Source: Dehalococcoidia bacterium (lineage in GTDB: Bacteria > Chloroflexota > Dehalococcoidia > Bin125). From it: a stretch of 64,000 bases of DNA. Made by a program: the position numbers and the translations under genes. A model generated the notes under the pieces. That model was not told where the DNA came from, ran no database searches, and worked only from the letters and a program-made list of their open reading frames with translations. Location of the stretch: NCBI GenBank assembly GCA_965208665.1, contig CBDBPH010000001.1, positions 131,045-195,044 on the forward strand, given 5' to 3'. Below, piece by piece: positions 18,340 to 28,187 of this stretch (positions are counted from its first letter, which is position 1; each line of letters opens with the position of its first letter).

Positions 18340-20439
18340 ATGTCCCTCGTCAGCCGTCCGTCCAGGCGATTCGGCACCCGGTCGGCGCATCTCTTCTGGC
18401 GTCTGCCGCTGGTCGGCTGGGTTCGCGTCCCGCGCAACCTGGCGCCACTGTTGCTTGCGGTGGCGGTCGGCCTGGCAGCGGGATTCGCGGCAGTGGCGCT
18501 GAGCGCGCTGGTCGACGGTCTGACCATGGTGTTCGACGAGCTCACGTCGCTGCTCGACAATCTGGCAGGCGGCTGGACGCTGATGCTGGTTCCGGCGATC
18601 GCGGCGATTCCGGTGGCGTTCGTCGTTTCGCGGGTTGCCTCGGAATCGCAGGGCGCCGGGGTGCCTTATGTCATGGTGGCAGTGGAACGCGCCGGCGGAT
18701 TCGTGCGACCGATCATTGCTCCGGCCAAGCTGGTCGCGACCGGATTTACGCTGGGCGGCGGCGGCGCCGCAGGACGCGAGGGTCCGATTGTCCTGATCGC
18801 CGCGTCGCTGGCCTCGACGATCGGACGGCTGGCGAAGCAACCGTCCGACATGCTGGTCTTGATGGTCGCGGCGGCGGCGGCGGGCGGAATCTCGGCCACA
18901 TTCAACACCCCAATCGCCGGCACATTCTTCGCGCTCGAGGTGGTGCTGCGGCGGTTCAACGTGCGCAACTTCACGATTGTGGTCGTTGCCGCGGTGGTCG
19001 CGAACATCGTCGCGGTGGCGTTCTACGGGGACTCGGCCGGACTCGATCTGCCCGACTTCGACATCAACAGCAGTTGGGAACTGTTCCTGCATGCGATCGT
19101 CGGCATCTCCGCGGCGATCGCCGGGATTCTCTTTGTGCGCACCCGCTTCTTCACCGAGGACGTGTTTGAGTTTCTGGGCGTGTCGATGTCGGTCCGGCCG
19201 ATTCTGGGTCTGTTCGGCGTCGGTGTGCTGGCATTGATCGAATCGAACATTCTGGGGTCGGGGCTGGACCAGATCCGGATCTTTGCCGAAGGTGAGACGG
19301 CCGTCTCGACGCTGGCGATCCTGATGGTGCTCAAGCTGATTGCGGCGTCACTAACGATTGGATCGGGCGCATCGGGCGGGGCGTTTGCTCCGCTGCTGTT
19401 CGTGGGGGCGACGTTGGGCGCACTGATGGGCGCGGGCTTCGAGTCGGCGCTGCCGAGCATCGTGGGGCCGACCGGTACGTATGTCGTGGTCGGCATGGCG
19501 GCGGTCTTTGCCGCCGCTGCGCGCGCGCCGTTGACCTCGCTGTTCATCGTTTTCGAGCTCAGCGGATACTCGCTGATCCTGCCGTTGATGACAGCGGTGG
19601 CGCTTGCCGCGGCGCTGGCCCAGCTGTTGACCCGCGACACGATCTACAACGTCCGCCTGCGCCGAGCCGGACTGGATGTCCAGGAGGAATCTGCGCCATC
19701 GCCGCTGGACGATCTGACCGTGGCGGCGACGATGCGCACGGACACACCGATCGTGTCGAGGCTGGCGACGATCGAGGATCTGGCCAACGCGATGAGCCAA
19801 TCGCGCGGGAACGTGGTGGCGGTGGCGGACCAGCGCAACCGCTTCATCGGGTTGGTGACGGCGACCGACGTGGCGTCGGCGGTGGAGCGCGGCGAGATGG
19901 ATCGGCGGGCGTTTGATCTGGCGGTGGTCGCGCCGGTCTTCGTGCACCCCGACGACAACCTGCGCTATGCGCTCTCGGTTCTGGTCGATCACGATGTTCG
20001 CCAGTTGCCGGTCGTCGCCCGCGAGGACGAGACGCGCTTGATGGGCATGCTGACGCAGCGGGATGTCCTGCGCGAAGTCGCTCAGCCGAGTGACCGGGAC
20101 TCGGGTCAGCGGTCCGCCCCAGCACCGGTCCGGCGATTGGTCGGGGCGATTGAGATCGAGGCGCGCGTGGAACCGGGTTCACAGGCCGAGTCGAGCATGG
20201 TCTCGCAGTTGCCGCTACCTGAGGCGTCCGTCATTACGGCGATCCACCGACGCGGTGAAATCGTGATCCCGCGAGGGAACGTGAAGCTGTTGGCGAATGA
20301 TCTGGCGATCGTGTTATCGGTGCCGCCGGAGGAGGCGACGGTGCGGTCGCTGTTCATCAACCACTCGACACAGTCGCGGAACAACTGGTGGTTCTTGCCG
20401 CACGCTCCGCCGTCGCCCAACGACGAATCGCAGCGTTGA
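18340..20439 (+). CDS. ClC-family chloride channel/antiporter with C-terminal CBS pair and TrkA-C-like domain
   Basis: ClC selectivity motifs GAGVP, GREGPIVLIAASL, GGAFAPLLFVGA; C-terminal CBS-like repeats and RGEIVIPRGNVKLLANDLAIVL (TrkA-C). Confidence 0.8.
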   Translation: MSLVSRPSRRFGTRSAHLFWRLPLVGWVRVPRNLAPLLLAVAVGLAAGFAAVALSALVDGLTMVFDELTSLLDNLAGGWTLMLVPAIAAIPVAFVVSRVASESQGAGVPYVMVAVERAGGFVRPIIAPAKLVATGFTLGGGGAAGREGPIVLIAASLASTIGRLAKQPSDMLVLMVAAAAAGGISATFNTPIAGTFFALEVVLRRFNVRNFTIVVVAAVVANIVAVAFYGDSAGLDLPDFDINSSWELFLHAIVGISAAIAGILFVRTRFFTEDVFEFLGVSMSVRPILGLFGVGVLALIESNILGSGLDQIRIFAEGETAVSTLAILMVLKLIAASLTIGSGASGGAFAPLLFVGATLGALMGAGFESALPSIVGPTGTYVVVGMAAVFAAAARAPLTSLFIVFELSGYSLILPLMTAVALAAALAQLLTRDTIYNVRLRRAGLDVQEESAPSPLDDLTVAATMRTDTPIVSRLATIEDLANAMSQSRGNVVAVADQRNRFIGLVTATDVASAVERGEMDRRAFDLAVVAPVFVHPDDNLRYALSVLVDHDVRQLPVVAREDETRLMGMLTQRDVLREVAQPSDRDSGQRSAPAPVRRLVGAIEIEARVEPGSQAESSMVSQLPLPEASVITAIHRRGEIVIPRGNVKLLANDLAIVLSVPPEEATVRSLFINHSTQSRNNWWFLPHAPPSPNDESQR

Positions 20440-20489
20440 GCATCGACGTTCGATGAGAGCGAATGAGCGGGACGCCTAGACTCCGTTGC

Positions 20490-20900
20490 ATGGCGCGACT
20501 GTTCACGCTTTCGCAGGCTCGACGGTCCCTGCCGGAGATCGCCGCGGTGGTGACCGTGATGCGCAAACGAGCGCTTCGGCTCGACGAACTCTCGGCGCTC
20601 TCATCGTCGATGAGTCGCACGATGAGTGCGGACGGCGATCCGGTGGTCAATGAGGACTCGGCGATTCGGGCAGAGATAGTCAAACTTGAAGGGCAGATTG
20701 CGGAGCTAATCGAGCACATCCAGCGCCAGGGCGTGGAGGTCAAAGACATCAGGCGGGGCCTGGTCGACTGGCGGGCGGAGCGGGATGGTCGCGAGGTCTA
20801 CCTGTGCTGGCAATACGGCGAGCGGACGGTGAGCTGGTGGCACGAGTTGGCCGATGGGTTCGGAGGGCGGCAGCCGATCATCACCTCCGAGTGGGCCTGA
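20490..20900 (+). CDS. DUF2203 family protein
   Basis: [17 protein letters not shown]... coiled-coil then C-terminal beta region; resembles DUF2203; start ATG at 20490 or 20463. Confidence 0.45.
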   Translation: MARLFTLSQARRSLPEIAAVVTVMRKRALRLDELSALSSSMSRTMSADGDPVVNEDSAIRAEIVKLEGQIAELIEHIQRQGVEVKDIRRGLVDWRAERDGREVYLCWQYGERTVSWWHELADGFGGRQPIITSEWA

Positions 20901-20910
20901 GGCGTCGGTC

Positions 20911-21693
20911 GTGCCTCACCATCGAACGCTGGCGCCGCCGCTGCGCCTGGGCGGCGAACTGCCGGTCATTCACCGGGAGCTGCAGCGACACTACGACTCG
21001 CTCTACGACCTGCTCCTGAATGGCCGGGCCCCACGCGACGCCCGACCGGTTCTGGACGTCGGAACGGGCGATGGGCTCGCGCTGGCAGCGATCACGATGG
21101 GCACGCCGCTTCACGGCGTCGCGATCGACGCGGCCTCACCCGGGCACTGGTTGGGGCCGGCGGATTGGGGCGTCGTCCGTGCCGATGCGCAGCGTTTGCC
21201 GTTCGCCGATCGGAGCTTCAACTCGGCGTTGCTGGTCGACGTCTTCGAGTGGTTGCGACATCCCACGGTGACGCTGGCCGAGATCGCGCGCGTCAACAGC
21301 GGCCCGATCCTGCTGGTACAGACCGACTGGGAAGGGCTCTGGTTCCAGGTCGACGAGGCTGAGCACGGCCGCGACCTGGTGAGCGCCTTTACGAAGGGGG
21401 CGCCGGAGAACCTGCGGAGCCGGATTCGATCGCGCGGCGCGGAGGCGGGCCTGACGGTCGACGCGATTTCGAACGTCACCATCAGTGCCGACAGCCTGCA
21501 GCCGGGCTCGCTGGCCTGGGACACCCTGGAGGCCATCCGGCGCTACCTGGTGCTGGAATCGGCCCAGATCCGAGCGCGGCGGTTCGACGACTGGCGTCGC
21601 GAGCTGCAATACGCCGAGTCGGAAGGTCAATTCAAGATGTCGGTACGCAGAGTGGTCGCCGTGTTGAGTCGCAACGGCGCTGACCGCGCCTAG
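20911..21693 (+). CDS. class I SAM-dependent methyltransferase
   Basis: VLDVGTGDGLALAAI (motif I), RLPFADRSFNSALLVDVFEWL (motif II/III). GTG start at 20911 proposed to avoid overlap with upstream gene; an ATG alternative exists at 20854. Confidence 0.6.
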   Translation: MPHHRTLAPPLRLGGELPVIHRELQRHYDSLYDLLLNGRAPRDARPVLDVGTGDGLALAAITMGTPLHGVAIDAASPGHWLGPADWGVVRADAQRLPFADRSFNSALLVDVFEWLRHPTVTLAEIARVNSGPILLVQTDWEGLWFQVDEAEHGRDLVSAFTKGAPENLRSRIRSRGAEAGLTVDAISNVTISADSLQPGSLAWDTLEAIRRYLVLESAQIRARRFDDWRRELQYAESEGQFKMSVRRVVAVLSRNGADRA

Positions 21694-22589
21694 TCACGCT
21701 CTCGCGATGCGCCGTGGACATGGCCTGCGCGATGTTCGTGCTCGTCCATGTGTAGCTGCAGCTCGTCGGCGAGACGCAAGGTGTGGTGATCGCCGGTGTC
21801 GTCCTCGTCGGTATGGACGTCTCCCCTGGAGAAGATCGCCAGCTCGCGGCCGAACGTACGGCGCAGTATCTCTTCGGTGAGAACCTCCGTGGGAGGGCCC
21901 TGGGCAACGACCCCGCCCCCGGTGGCGTTGACGCAGATCACCTGGGCGTAGTGCTCGATCACGGTCGACAGATCGTGCGTGGTCATGATCACGGACGTGC
22001 CGAGGTCGGTCAGTTCGCAGAGCACGTCGAAGAGTTGGTCGTCGGAGACGGCGTCGAGTGCGGCGGAGGGCTCGTCGAGCAGCAGGATTCTCGGCTGCCT
22101 AGCCAGGGCTCGCGCGATCAGGGCGCGCTTGCGTTGGCCGCCGGAGAGTTCGTTGATCTGCCGGTGCTGCAGGTCCTCAACATCCATCATCGCCATCGCG
22201 CGGTCAATAGCGATGCGATCCTCCTGCGAGCGGATGAGACGTCCGATGCGGCGCGTCCAGCTGAACTGGTAGCGCCCCATTTCGACGAGTTCACGAACAG
22301 TCAGCGGGAAACGCCAATCGACGTTGCTGACCTGTGGCATGTAACCCAGGTAGGCGCGTGCTTCGCTGGGCGACTCGCCGCCCACCGTGACCTGGCCCTG
22401 GGACGGAGACAGCAGGCCGGCGATGGTCTTGAGCAACGTGCTCTTGCCCGAACCGTTGCCTCCGATGATGCCGGTGAAGACGCCGCCCGGAATGTTCAGG
22501 GTGAGGTGTTCAAAGACGCGATGGCCGCCGTAGCCCACGGTCACATCGCGCAGTGCCACCTCGGCACCGGACACCGGAGCAATCGTCAT
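21690..22589 (-). CDS. metal-type ABC transporter ATP-binding protein (ZnuC/BtuD-like) with His-rich C-terminal tail
   Basis: Walker A GGNGSGKST, Q-loop, signature LSGGQRKR, Walker B LLLDEP, H-loop, then HTDEDDTGDHHTLRLADELQLHMDEHEHRAGHVHG. ATG at 22589 (MTIAPVSG...); the longer ORF to 22910 overlaps the divergent gene. Confidence 0.8.
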   Translation of the reverse strand: MTIAPVSGAEVALRDVTVGYGGHRVFEHLTLNIPGGVFTGIIGGNGSGKSTLLKTIAGLLSPSQGQVTVGGESPSEARAYLGYMPQVSNVDWRFPLTVRELVEMGRYQFSWTRRIGRLIRSQEDRIAIDRAMAMMDVEDLQHRQINELSGGQRKRALIARALARQPRILLLDEPSAALDAVSDDQLFDVLCELTDLGTSVIMTTHDLSTVIEHYAQVICVNATGGGVVAQGPPTEVLTEEILRRTFGRELAIFSRGDVHTDEDDTGDHHTLRLADELQLHMDEHEHRAGHVHGASRERD

Positions 22590-22647
22590 TCGATTTCCAG
22601 ACCAGGCGACACGCAATCGACGGCGCCTCGCTGATAGCCTCAGCGAT

Positions 22648-23544
22648 ATGCCAAGCGTAGTTGATGCGACAGACACCGAAATCGACCTGGAACGTCCGGC
22701 GCGCGAGATCGTCTCGCTCGTGCCGTCGTTCACCGAGCTGGTCTGCTCGATGCGGCTGGGCAACCGGCTGGTCGGAGTGACGAAGTTCTGCGTCGAGCCC
22801 GCCGAGGTCACAAATGCGATCCGCAAGGTGGGGGGAACAAAGAATCCCGACGTTGAGCGGATCATTGGGCTCAAGCCACAGCTCGTGCTCGCCAATCGCG
22901 AGGAGAACAACGAGGAGGATGTGGTCGCGCTGCGCGACGCCGGGCTGAACGTTTATGTCGGCGAGGTGCGCACCGCCGACGAGGCGAAGGCCGAGATCGA
23001 GAACGTGGCTCGCCTGGTCGGCGGAATCACGCTGAAGATCGGCGACGGGCTGGAGGAGGCGCTTGAGGAACAGCGTCACATCCAGCGCTTGCGACCTCGG
23101 GTTCGAGCGGCGGCGTTGATCTGGCGCAACCCGTACATGGCCGCGTCGGGGGATACGTACATTGGCGATCTGCTCCGCGTATGCGGGGCGATCAATGTTT
23201 GCGAGGAATCGGCCCGCGGGCGTTACCCGCGGCTGCGACTCACCGATCTGATCGAACTCGATCCCGAGGTGATTCTGCTGCCGTCGGAGCCGTATCGATT
23301 CCGAGAACGTCACGCGGAGGAATTGCTGGCCCAACACGGGCTGTCGGCGGCGCGGGATGGGCACGTGTACCTGTGCGACGGTCAGAACCTGACCTGGTGG
23401 GGCGTGAGGACGGCGGCGGCGATCGCGGAGGTGTCGGGATTGCTGGACCGGGCGCGAGCCGGCTGGCAGGCGGAGGCGACGATGGTCTCGGAGTTGCCGC
23501 CCGGGTTGAATCTGAACGTGACCCAGCAGGACGTGGTGGAGTAG
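22648..23544 (+). CDS. BtuF/TroA-like (class III helical-backbone) substrate-binding-fold protein lacking a signal peptide
   Basis: EIVSLVPSFTELVCSM..LVGVTKFC pattern of cobalamin/siderophore-type SBPs; in-frame stops immediately upstream of the ATG so no secretion signal. Confidence 0.55.
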   Translation: MPSVVDATDTEIDLERPAREIVSLVPSFTELVCSMRLGNRLVGVTKFCVEPAEVTNAIRKVGGTKNPDVERIIGLKPQLVLANREENNEEDVVALRDAGLNVYVGEVRTADEAKAEIENVARLVGGITLKIGDGLEEALEEQRHIQRLRPRVRAAALIWRNPYMAASGDTYIGDLLRVCGAINVCEESARGRYPRLRLTDLIELDPEVILLPSEPYRFRERHAEELLAQHGLSAARDGHVYLCDGQNLTWWGVRTAAAIAEVSGLLDRARAGWQAEATMVSELPPGLNLNVTQQDVVE

Positions 23545-23547
23545 ATC

Positions 23548-23585
23548 GGGCCCTCACCCTCACCCTCTCCCTCGGGGAGAGGGGA
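23548..23585. repeat. REP-like palindromic element, copy B
   Basis: gggccctcaccctcaccctctccctcggggagagggga between two convergent genes (stops at 23544 and 23627). Confidence 0.8.
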
Positions 23586-23626
23586 CCGGAACGGGCCGAT
23601 TAAGACAGCTCGAACGGGCGAGCCCC

Positions 23627-24457
23627 TTACAGCGGACGGCCGCTGTCGAGCATCAGGGCTCGGGCTGCGATCTGGGCGGCGAGGACGGCTGCGGTGGTGA
23701 GGTAGAGGAGACCCGTGGCGGCCATCATCGAGCGCATTCGCGCCGTGGTCCAGGCCATCCAGCCGAAGACGAGCGGCAGGGCGAATCCGACGACGATACG
23801 CAGCCAGAAGGTTGGGTCGCCGGTCAGCGACTGATCGCGTCCGCCGACCGGATCCTCGATCGAGACGGCGAGCGCGACTCCAAAGAGCACGGCCTGTATG
23901 GCGACGACGATCAGAAACGCCGTGGTGATCTCGACCAGTGGTCGGGCTGGCAGTCGCGGCGTCACCAGATACCAGTGCCCGAGCGCCAATCCGACGGCGG
24001 AGAGGCCGAGGGCCAGCGCGCCGAAACTGAGGCTGAAAGCGGTGAGGGCCTCGGGCGATCCGGCGAGCGTCGCGGCCATGAGCCCCAATGCCGCCAACGA
24101 AAGTCCACTGAGCGCCCAGCCGATTCGACGCGCCCAGGCTTCGCGGTCGGTGTAGAGCGCCAGGTTGTGCAGCACCGAGACGGCGGTCAGCGTCGCGAGC
24201 ACCCAGACCAGTACATCTCGCGGAGCGGAGCGAACCGGGAAGCCCTCGACCAGGTCGCCGTCAAGCGTGAAGGCGGTCCAGAACGCGAGACCGAGGACGA
24301 TGGGCACCATGATCGTGGTGGCGCGGACGAAGCCCGGCGTGGCCTGTCCGCGGAGGTGCACGGCGTGCATGACCAGCGCGCCGCCGACGCCCAACTCGAG
24401 GAGCAGGAGCAAGAGGGTGTAGGGCAATGCTCCCGACACAACCGCGGAGTCTGCCAC
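23627..24457 (-). CDS. polytopic integral membrane protein (~8 TM), function unknown
   Basis: 276 aa, strongly hydrophobic with periodic TM segments; no recognisable catalytic motif. Confidence 0.5.
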   Translation of the reverse strand: MADSAVVSGALPYTLLLLLLELGVGGALVMHAVHLRGQATPGFVRATTIMVPIVLGLAFWTAFTLDGDLVEGFPVRSAPRDVLVWVLATLTAVSVLHNLALYTDREAWARRIGWALSGLSLAALGLMAATLAGSPEALTAFSLSFGALALGLSAVGLALGHWYLVTPRLPARPLVEITTAFLIVVAIQAVLFGVALAVSIEDPVGGRDQSLTGDPTFWLRIVVGFALPLVFGWMAWTTARMRSMMAATGLLYLTTAAVLAAQIAARALMLDSGRPL

Positions 24458-24463
24458 CGTCGA

Positions 24464-24676
24464 CTACGACTCCAACTTCAACAGCAAGACCGTGCGTCTG
24501 AGGCCTTCATCGCCGATTTCCACCTGCACGCTGAGCACGCGGTAGCGATCATCTCTTCCGCCGCGGCGGAAGCGCAGGATGTCGCCCTTGCTCCAGGGGT
24601 AGTCCGTCTCCAGCGTGTCGAGCAGGACTTCGCGCCGCTCGGTGAAGGTGTCAGACTCCCAGAACTCCGTCAGCAT
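24464..24676 (-). CDS. small hypothetical protein (70 aa)
   Basis: ORF 6 nt upstream of the membrane-protein gene on the same strand; non-repetitive sequence with coding-like composition. Confidence 0.35.
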   Translation of the reverse strand: MLTEFWESDTFTERREVLLDTLETDYPWSKGDILRFRRGGRDDRYRVLSVQVEIGDEGLRRTVLLLKLES

Positions 24677-24744
24677 CGCATCCCTCCCGCGACAGACGTA
24701 CCGAACTATCGTAGCCCACCGAGGAGCGCGCTCCGTATGTCAGA

Positions 24745-25197
24745 ATGACGGGCATGAGCGACACGGAGACCTCTCGACGCTGGCTGATGAAGGCCTTGCG
24801 CGAGGCCTCGGGCGAGATGCACGAGCTGATGATGCGCGCACTGCGACGCTCGATGCCGGAGGCCGAGGCGCTGATCGAGCGAGCCTGGCGACACGAGACG
24901 ATCGCCGCCTGGCAACTGGGCCATTTGCTGTTCCAGGACGTCGACGATCTGCCGTTGCACGACTACGAGTGGCTCGAACAGGTGATGATTCCTGACTGCT
25001 ACGAGCAGCTCCGCGAGTGGTATCACACGCGGGAGCAGATCTCGGGCGTGCTCTACATGATGTCGCCGTTCGAGTGGGAGCAGACCGCGAATCACCGGTT
25101 CCGAGGCGAGTTGAGCGTTGAGTCGATTGCTCGCTCGATGCATCAGACGGATCTGGAGATTCTGAACACACTACGGGCGCAGCTGCAGCCGACGTAG
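24745..25197 (+). CDS. hypothetical protein (150 aa), possibly DinB-like helical
   Basis: Clean ORF with ATG start, high-GC third-position bias; no confident family. Confidence 0.4.
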   Translation: MTGMSDTETSRRWLMKALREASGEMHELMMRALRRSMPEAEALIERAWRHETIAAWQLGHLLFQDVDDLPLHDYEWLEQVMIPDCYEQLREWYHTREQISGVLYMMSPFEWEQTANHRFRGELSVESIARSMHQTDLEILNTLRAQLQPT

Positions 25198-26055
25198 TCA
25201 GTCGGCCGTCCAGCCCAGCGCAGCGGCGACTTCGGAGGCGGCGCGGGCAAAGTTCATCGTGTAGATGTGCAGGCCCGGAGCTCCGAGTTCCAGCAGTTCA
25301 CGTCCGAGGTTGGCCGCGACCTCCACCCCGATCTCGCGCCGCTCGGCGGCACCGGAGGCGGCCTCCAGTCTGTCGCGGATCTCGGCCGGGAAGTCGGTGG
25401 CGTTGAGCGCCGACATGCGCTCGATGCCGGCAACGTTGGTGGGCGGCATGATGCCGGGGATGACCGGTGTTTCGACGCCTCGCGCGTCGAGCTGATTGAC
25501 GAACTGCTCGTAGTACTCGGCGCGAAAGCCGAACTGGGTGATGGCGAAGTTGGCCTGGCCCAGCTTGGTTGCCTGGTGGGCGAGGTCTGCCTCAACGGAG
25601 GCAGCCATCGGGTGGCCCTCGGGATGGGCGGCGACGCCGATGTCCCAGTCGGCTCGTTGTCGAATGAAGTCGGCGAGTTGTGCGGCGGTGTCGAATGCCT
25701 GGGTGCTTGATTGGGTTCCTTGCGGCAGATCTCCGCGGAGGGCGAGGATGTTCTCGATCTCGTCGGACCGGTAGCTCTCGATGATGTCAGCGACTTCGTC
25801 ACGGGAGTGGGCGACGCAGGTGAGGTGAGGCATGGCCTCGACCTGGAAGTCGTCTCGGATGGTCTGGACCCAGTCCCGTGTGGGGCCTCGGGTGGTGCCT
25901 CCGGCTCCGTAGGTGACCGACATGAACTGGGGGTGGTGCTTCGAGAGTCGGGCCAGCGTCCGCCTCAGACGCTCGGCGCCTTCCTCGTCTCGGGGGGCGG
26001 AGAATTCAAAGGACAGTGTTGGGCCCGCATCAAGCAGTTGCGTGATGCGGGCCAT
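25198..26055 (-). CDS. metF: 5,10-methylenetetrahydrofolate reductase
   Basis: 285 aa, LSFEFSAPRD..., HLTCV, LALRGD motifs characteristic of MetF. Confidence 0.85.
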   Translation of the reverse strand: MARITQLLDAGPTLSFEFSAPRDEEGAERLRRTLARLSKHHPQFMSVTYGAGGTTRGPTRDWVQTIRDDFQVEAMPHLTCVAHSRDEVADIIESYRSDEIENILALRGDLPQGTQSSTQAFDTAAQLADFIRQRADWDIGVAAHPEGHPMAASVEADLAHQATKLGQANFAITQFGFRAEYYEQFVNQLDARGVETPVIPGIMPPTNVAGIERMSALNATDFPAEIRDRLEAASGAAERREIGVEVAANLGRELLELGAPGLHIYTMNFARAASEVAAALGWTAD

Positions 26056-26085
26056 TGGTTGTGTCCATCTATGGCTGGTGCAGGT

Positions 26086-26134
26086 CTCTCACCCTGACCC
26101 CCTCCCCAGGGAGAGGGAACCGGAAGGGGGAGAG
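26086..26134. repeat. REP-like palindromic element, copy C (inverted orientation, degenerate)
   Basis: rc reads ccctctccctggggagggggtcagggtgagag, same family in opposite orientation; between metF start and erpA stop. Confidence 0.65.
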
Positions 26135-26144
26135 GAATGAGCGC

Positions 26145-26528
26145 CTAGATGCAGGAGCGGGCCTGTGAGGCGCCACCGGCGTCGGCGGTGTCGAAGCTGG
26201 AGCCGCAGGCGCAGGAGTGCGATGCGTTCGGGTTCGAGATTGAGAAGCCCTGCTTCATCACGTCGTCGATGTAGTCGACGCGCGAGCCGGCGATCAGCGG
26301 AGCGGACTCCTCGTCGACGAGGAAGCGGACGCCGTTCTTCTCGATGATCTGGTCGCCTGTCTCGGCGTCCATGGCGAGCGCCATGCCGTACTGGTAGCCG
26401 GAGCAGCCGCCGCCGACCACGAAGACGCGCAGCGCGCCTTCGGCAAAGCCCTTGTCCTCGAGCAGAGACTTGGCCTTCTCGGCGGCCAGGTCGGAAACAT
26501 CCAGCATCTCAGTCATTTGAAAGACCAT
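26145..26528 (-). CDS. erpA: HesB/IscA/ErpA family iron-sulfur cluster insertion protein
   Basis: 128 aa; GGGCSGYQYGMALA and C-terminal SCACGSSF (CxC) motif; AGAGGA RBS 8 nt upstream of ATG at 26528. Confidence 0.8.
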   Translation of the reverse strand: MVFQMTEMLDVSDLAAEKAKSLLEDKGFAEGALRVFVVGGGCSGYQYGMALAMDAETGDQIIEKNGVRFLVDEESAPLIAGSRVDYIDDVMKQGFSISNPNASHSCACGSSFDTADAGGASQARSCI

Positions 26529-26705
26529 CGCAACAGTCCTCTCATCGCCTCGTTGTCGGGAGGTTGGAGCCAGTGTAGCAGGCGCCGCCGGCCGATCGGG
26601 TGTTCCGGGTTGACGGCCATGGGATTTGCGATCAGTGCGGGACGGCCCGGATTCAGTAATGGACTGTCCACAGATTGTCACAACGCGGGGTTGTCGTGCT
26701 GCTAC

Positions 26706-26719
26706 AGAACTATAGTTCG
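26706..26719 (+). promoter_or_regulatory. putative LexA (Cheo-type SOS) box AGAACTATAGTTCG overlapping the -35 region of the imuB-dnaE2 promoter
   Basis: Perfect GAAC-N4-GTTC palindrome 3 nt upstream of a TATAAT hexamer (26722-26727), ~35 nt upstream of the imuB ATG. Confidence 0.55.
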
Positions 26720-26721
26720 GT

Positions 26722-26727
26722 ATAATG
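26722..26727 (+). promoter_or_regulatory. putative -10 hexamer TATAAT for imuB-dnaE2
   Basis: Consensus -10 in an otherwise GC-rich region, directly downstream of the SOS box. Confidence 0.4.
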
Positions 26728-26753
26728 TTTTTCGACTCTGAGTGGAGCCAGAC

Positions 26754-28187
26754 ATGTCACCAGTTTCCTCCGTGCAAGTGACGCACTTCCGGGCACGGGC
26801 GGAGTTAGCCCGGCGGCCCGAGTTGGCGGATTGCGCCGGCCTGATCGTCGATCGTTCGAGGCGCAAGGCCGTGGTGGTCGATTGCCTGCCCGCGGTTTCC
26901 GGATCATTGCTGGGGATGTCGTTGGAGCGTGCGCGCTCGTTTGTGCCGGACGCGGTGGTGATCGATGCGGATGAGCCGCATTACCGGCACGAGTTCGAGC
27001 GGATGCTGTGCGCACTTGAGCAGGTCAGCGAGCAGGTCGAAGGAGCGGAGCTGGGCGTCGCCTACGTGGGAGTGGACGGCACGTCGGCGATGAGCGAGGA
27101 ACTGCTCGGTGCGATGCCTGAGCGCTACCAGCCGCGCATCGGGATCGGCGAGAACAAGTTTGGCGCGTTCGTCGCCGCGTACACGCGTCGTTCGTCGGGC
27201 GTGAGTCGCGTTCCGCCTGACGCGGCAGCGTTTCTCGCGCCACATTCGATTGATTTGCTGCCCTGCTCAACCGCTCTGACCGACGAGCTACGGCTGCTTG
27301 ATCTGCGCACGCTGGGCGAGGTCGCGGCGCAAGATGTCAACGCGTTGCTGGATCGCTTCGGGCACGAGGGGCGGCGTGCCTGGGAACTCTCGCGCGGGAT
27401 CGACGACCGTCCGCTTGTTGCTCGCACGCACGAGGAATCGATCACGGAGACGCTCGCGCTGCCGGCCGAGGCGACCACACTGGAACTGCTGCGGGCGGCG
27501 GTGGACCGGCTGTTGCAACGGGCATTCGCGCAGCCGAGAATGCAAGGCCGCTACGCCAGCACAGTCAGGCTGAGCTGCTCGCTCGACGACGCGCCGGACT
27601 GGGAGCAGACGTTTCATTTCAAGAGCGGCGTGGGCGGTTGGCAGCGAGCGGCAGAGATCATCAAGGGACGGTTGGAAACGGAGCATCCGCCGGCTCCGGT
27701 CGAAGCGATGACGGTCATGCTGGCGAACCTCGGCGGGGCGACAGGCGAGCAGGGTTCGCTCTTCCCCGATCTGCGCCACGACCGCGAGCGGCGCCTGTTG
27801 GAGACCGAGCGACAGCTCCGGGTGCGGCTGAACGGCCAGCGCTCGCTCAGCCGCCTGGTCGAGGTCGCGCCCTGGCATCCGGTCCCGGAACTGCGCACGG
27901 CGCAGGTCTCGATCGATCCGTCGAGCGACGACGGCATGCGGCCGTTGAGCAGACCGGAGATCGTCGCGGTGCGCGCGGGGCCGACGCAAGAACCGCTCGC
28001 GGTTCAGATCGGCGAGCGCTGGCGAGAGGTGACGCGGATCGAAGAGCAGTGGAGTTTCGATCTCTGGTGGAGAGCCAGGCCAACGACCCGGACGTACTAC
28101 CGGGTGAGCCAGGCGAACGACCAGCAGCTCGTCTTGTTCCGCGATCAACACGAAGGCTGCTGGTATCGGCAGGGCGGGGTCGGATGA
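26754..28187 (+). CDS. imuB: ImuB-like Y-family DNA polymerase homologue (SOS mutagenesis cassette protein)
   Basis: 478 aa Y-family-like N-terminal region (LIVDRS..VVDCLPAV..GMSLERARSFVPDAVV) without obvious catalytic DxD/E triad; stop overlaps the dnaE2 start (ATGA). Confidence 0.65.
   Translation: MSPVSSVQVTHFRARAELARRPELADCAGLIVDRSRRKAVVVDCLPAVSGSLLGMSLERARSFVPDAVVIDADEPHYRHEFERMLCALEQVSEQVEGAELGVAYVGVDGTSAMSEELLGAMPERYQPRIGIGENKFGAFVAAYTRRSSGVSRVPPDAAAFLAPHSIDLLPCSTALTDELRLLDLRTLGEVAAQDVNALLDRFGHEGRRAWELSRGIDDRPLVARTHEESITETLALPAEATTLELLRAAVDRLLQRAFAQPRMQGRYASTVRLSCSLDDAPDWEQTFHFKSGVGGWQRAAEIIKGRLETEHPPAPVEAMTVMLANLGGATGEQGSLFPDLRHDRERRLLETERQLRVRLNGQRSLSRLVEVAPWHPVPELRTAQVSIDPSSDDGMRPLSRPEIVAVRAGPTQEPLAVQIGERWREVTRIEEQWSFDLWWRARPTTRTYYRVSQANDQQLVLFRDQHEGCWYRQGGVG

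Noticed and set aside
22590-22910. Longer 406-aa version of the ABC ATPase ORF
   Set aside because: The N-terminal 107 codons overlap the divergent SBP-like gene and carry no ABC features. ATG at 22589 gives a canonical Walker A spacing.
26529-26753. Second SOS box or imuA-like small ORF in the erpA-imuB intergenic region
   Set aside because: Only one GAAC-N4-GTTC palindrome was found. No ORF with an ImuA/RecA-like P-loop is present.
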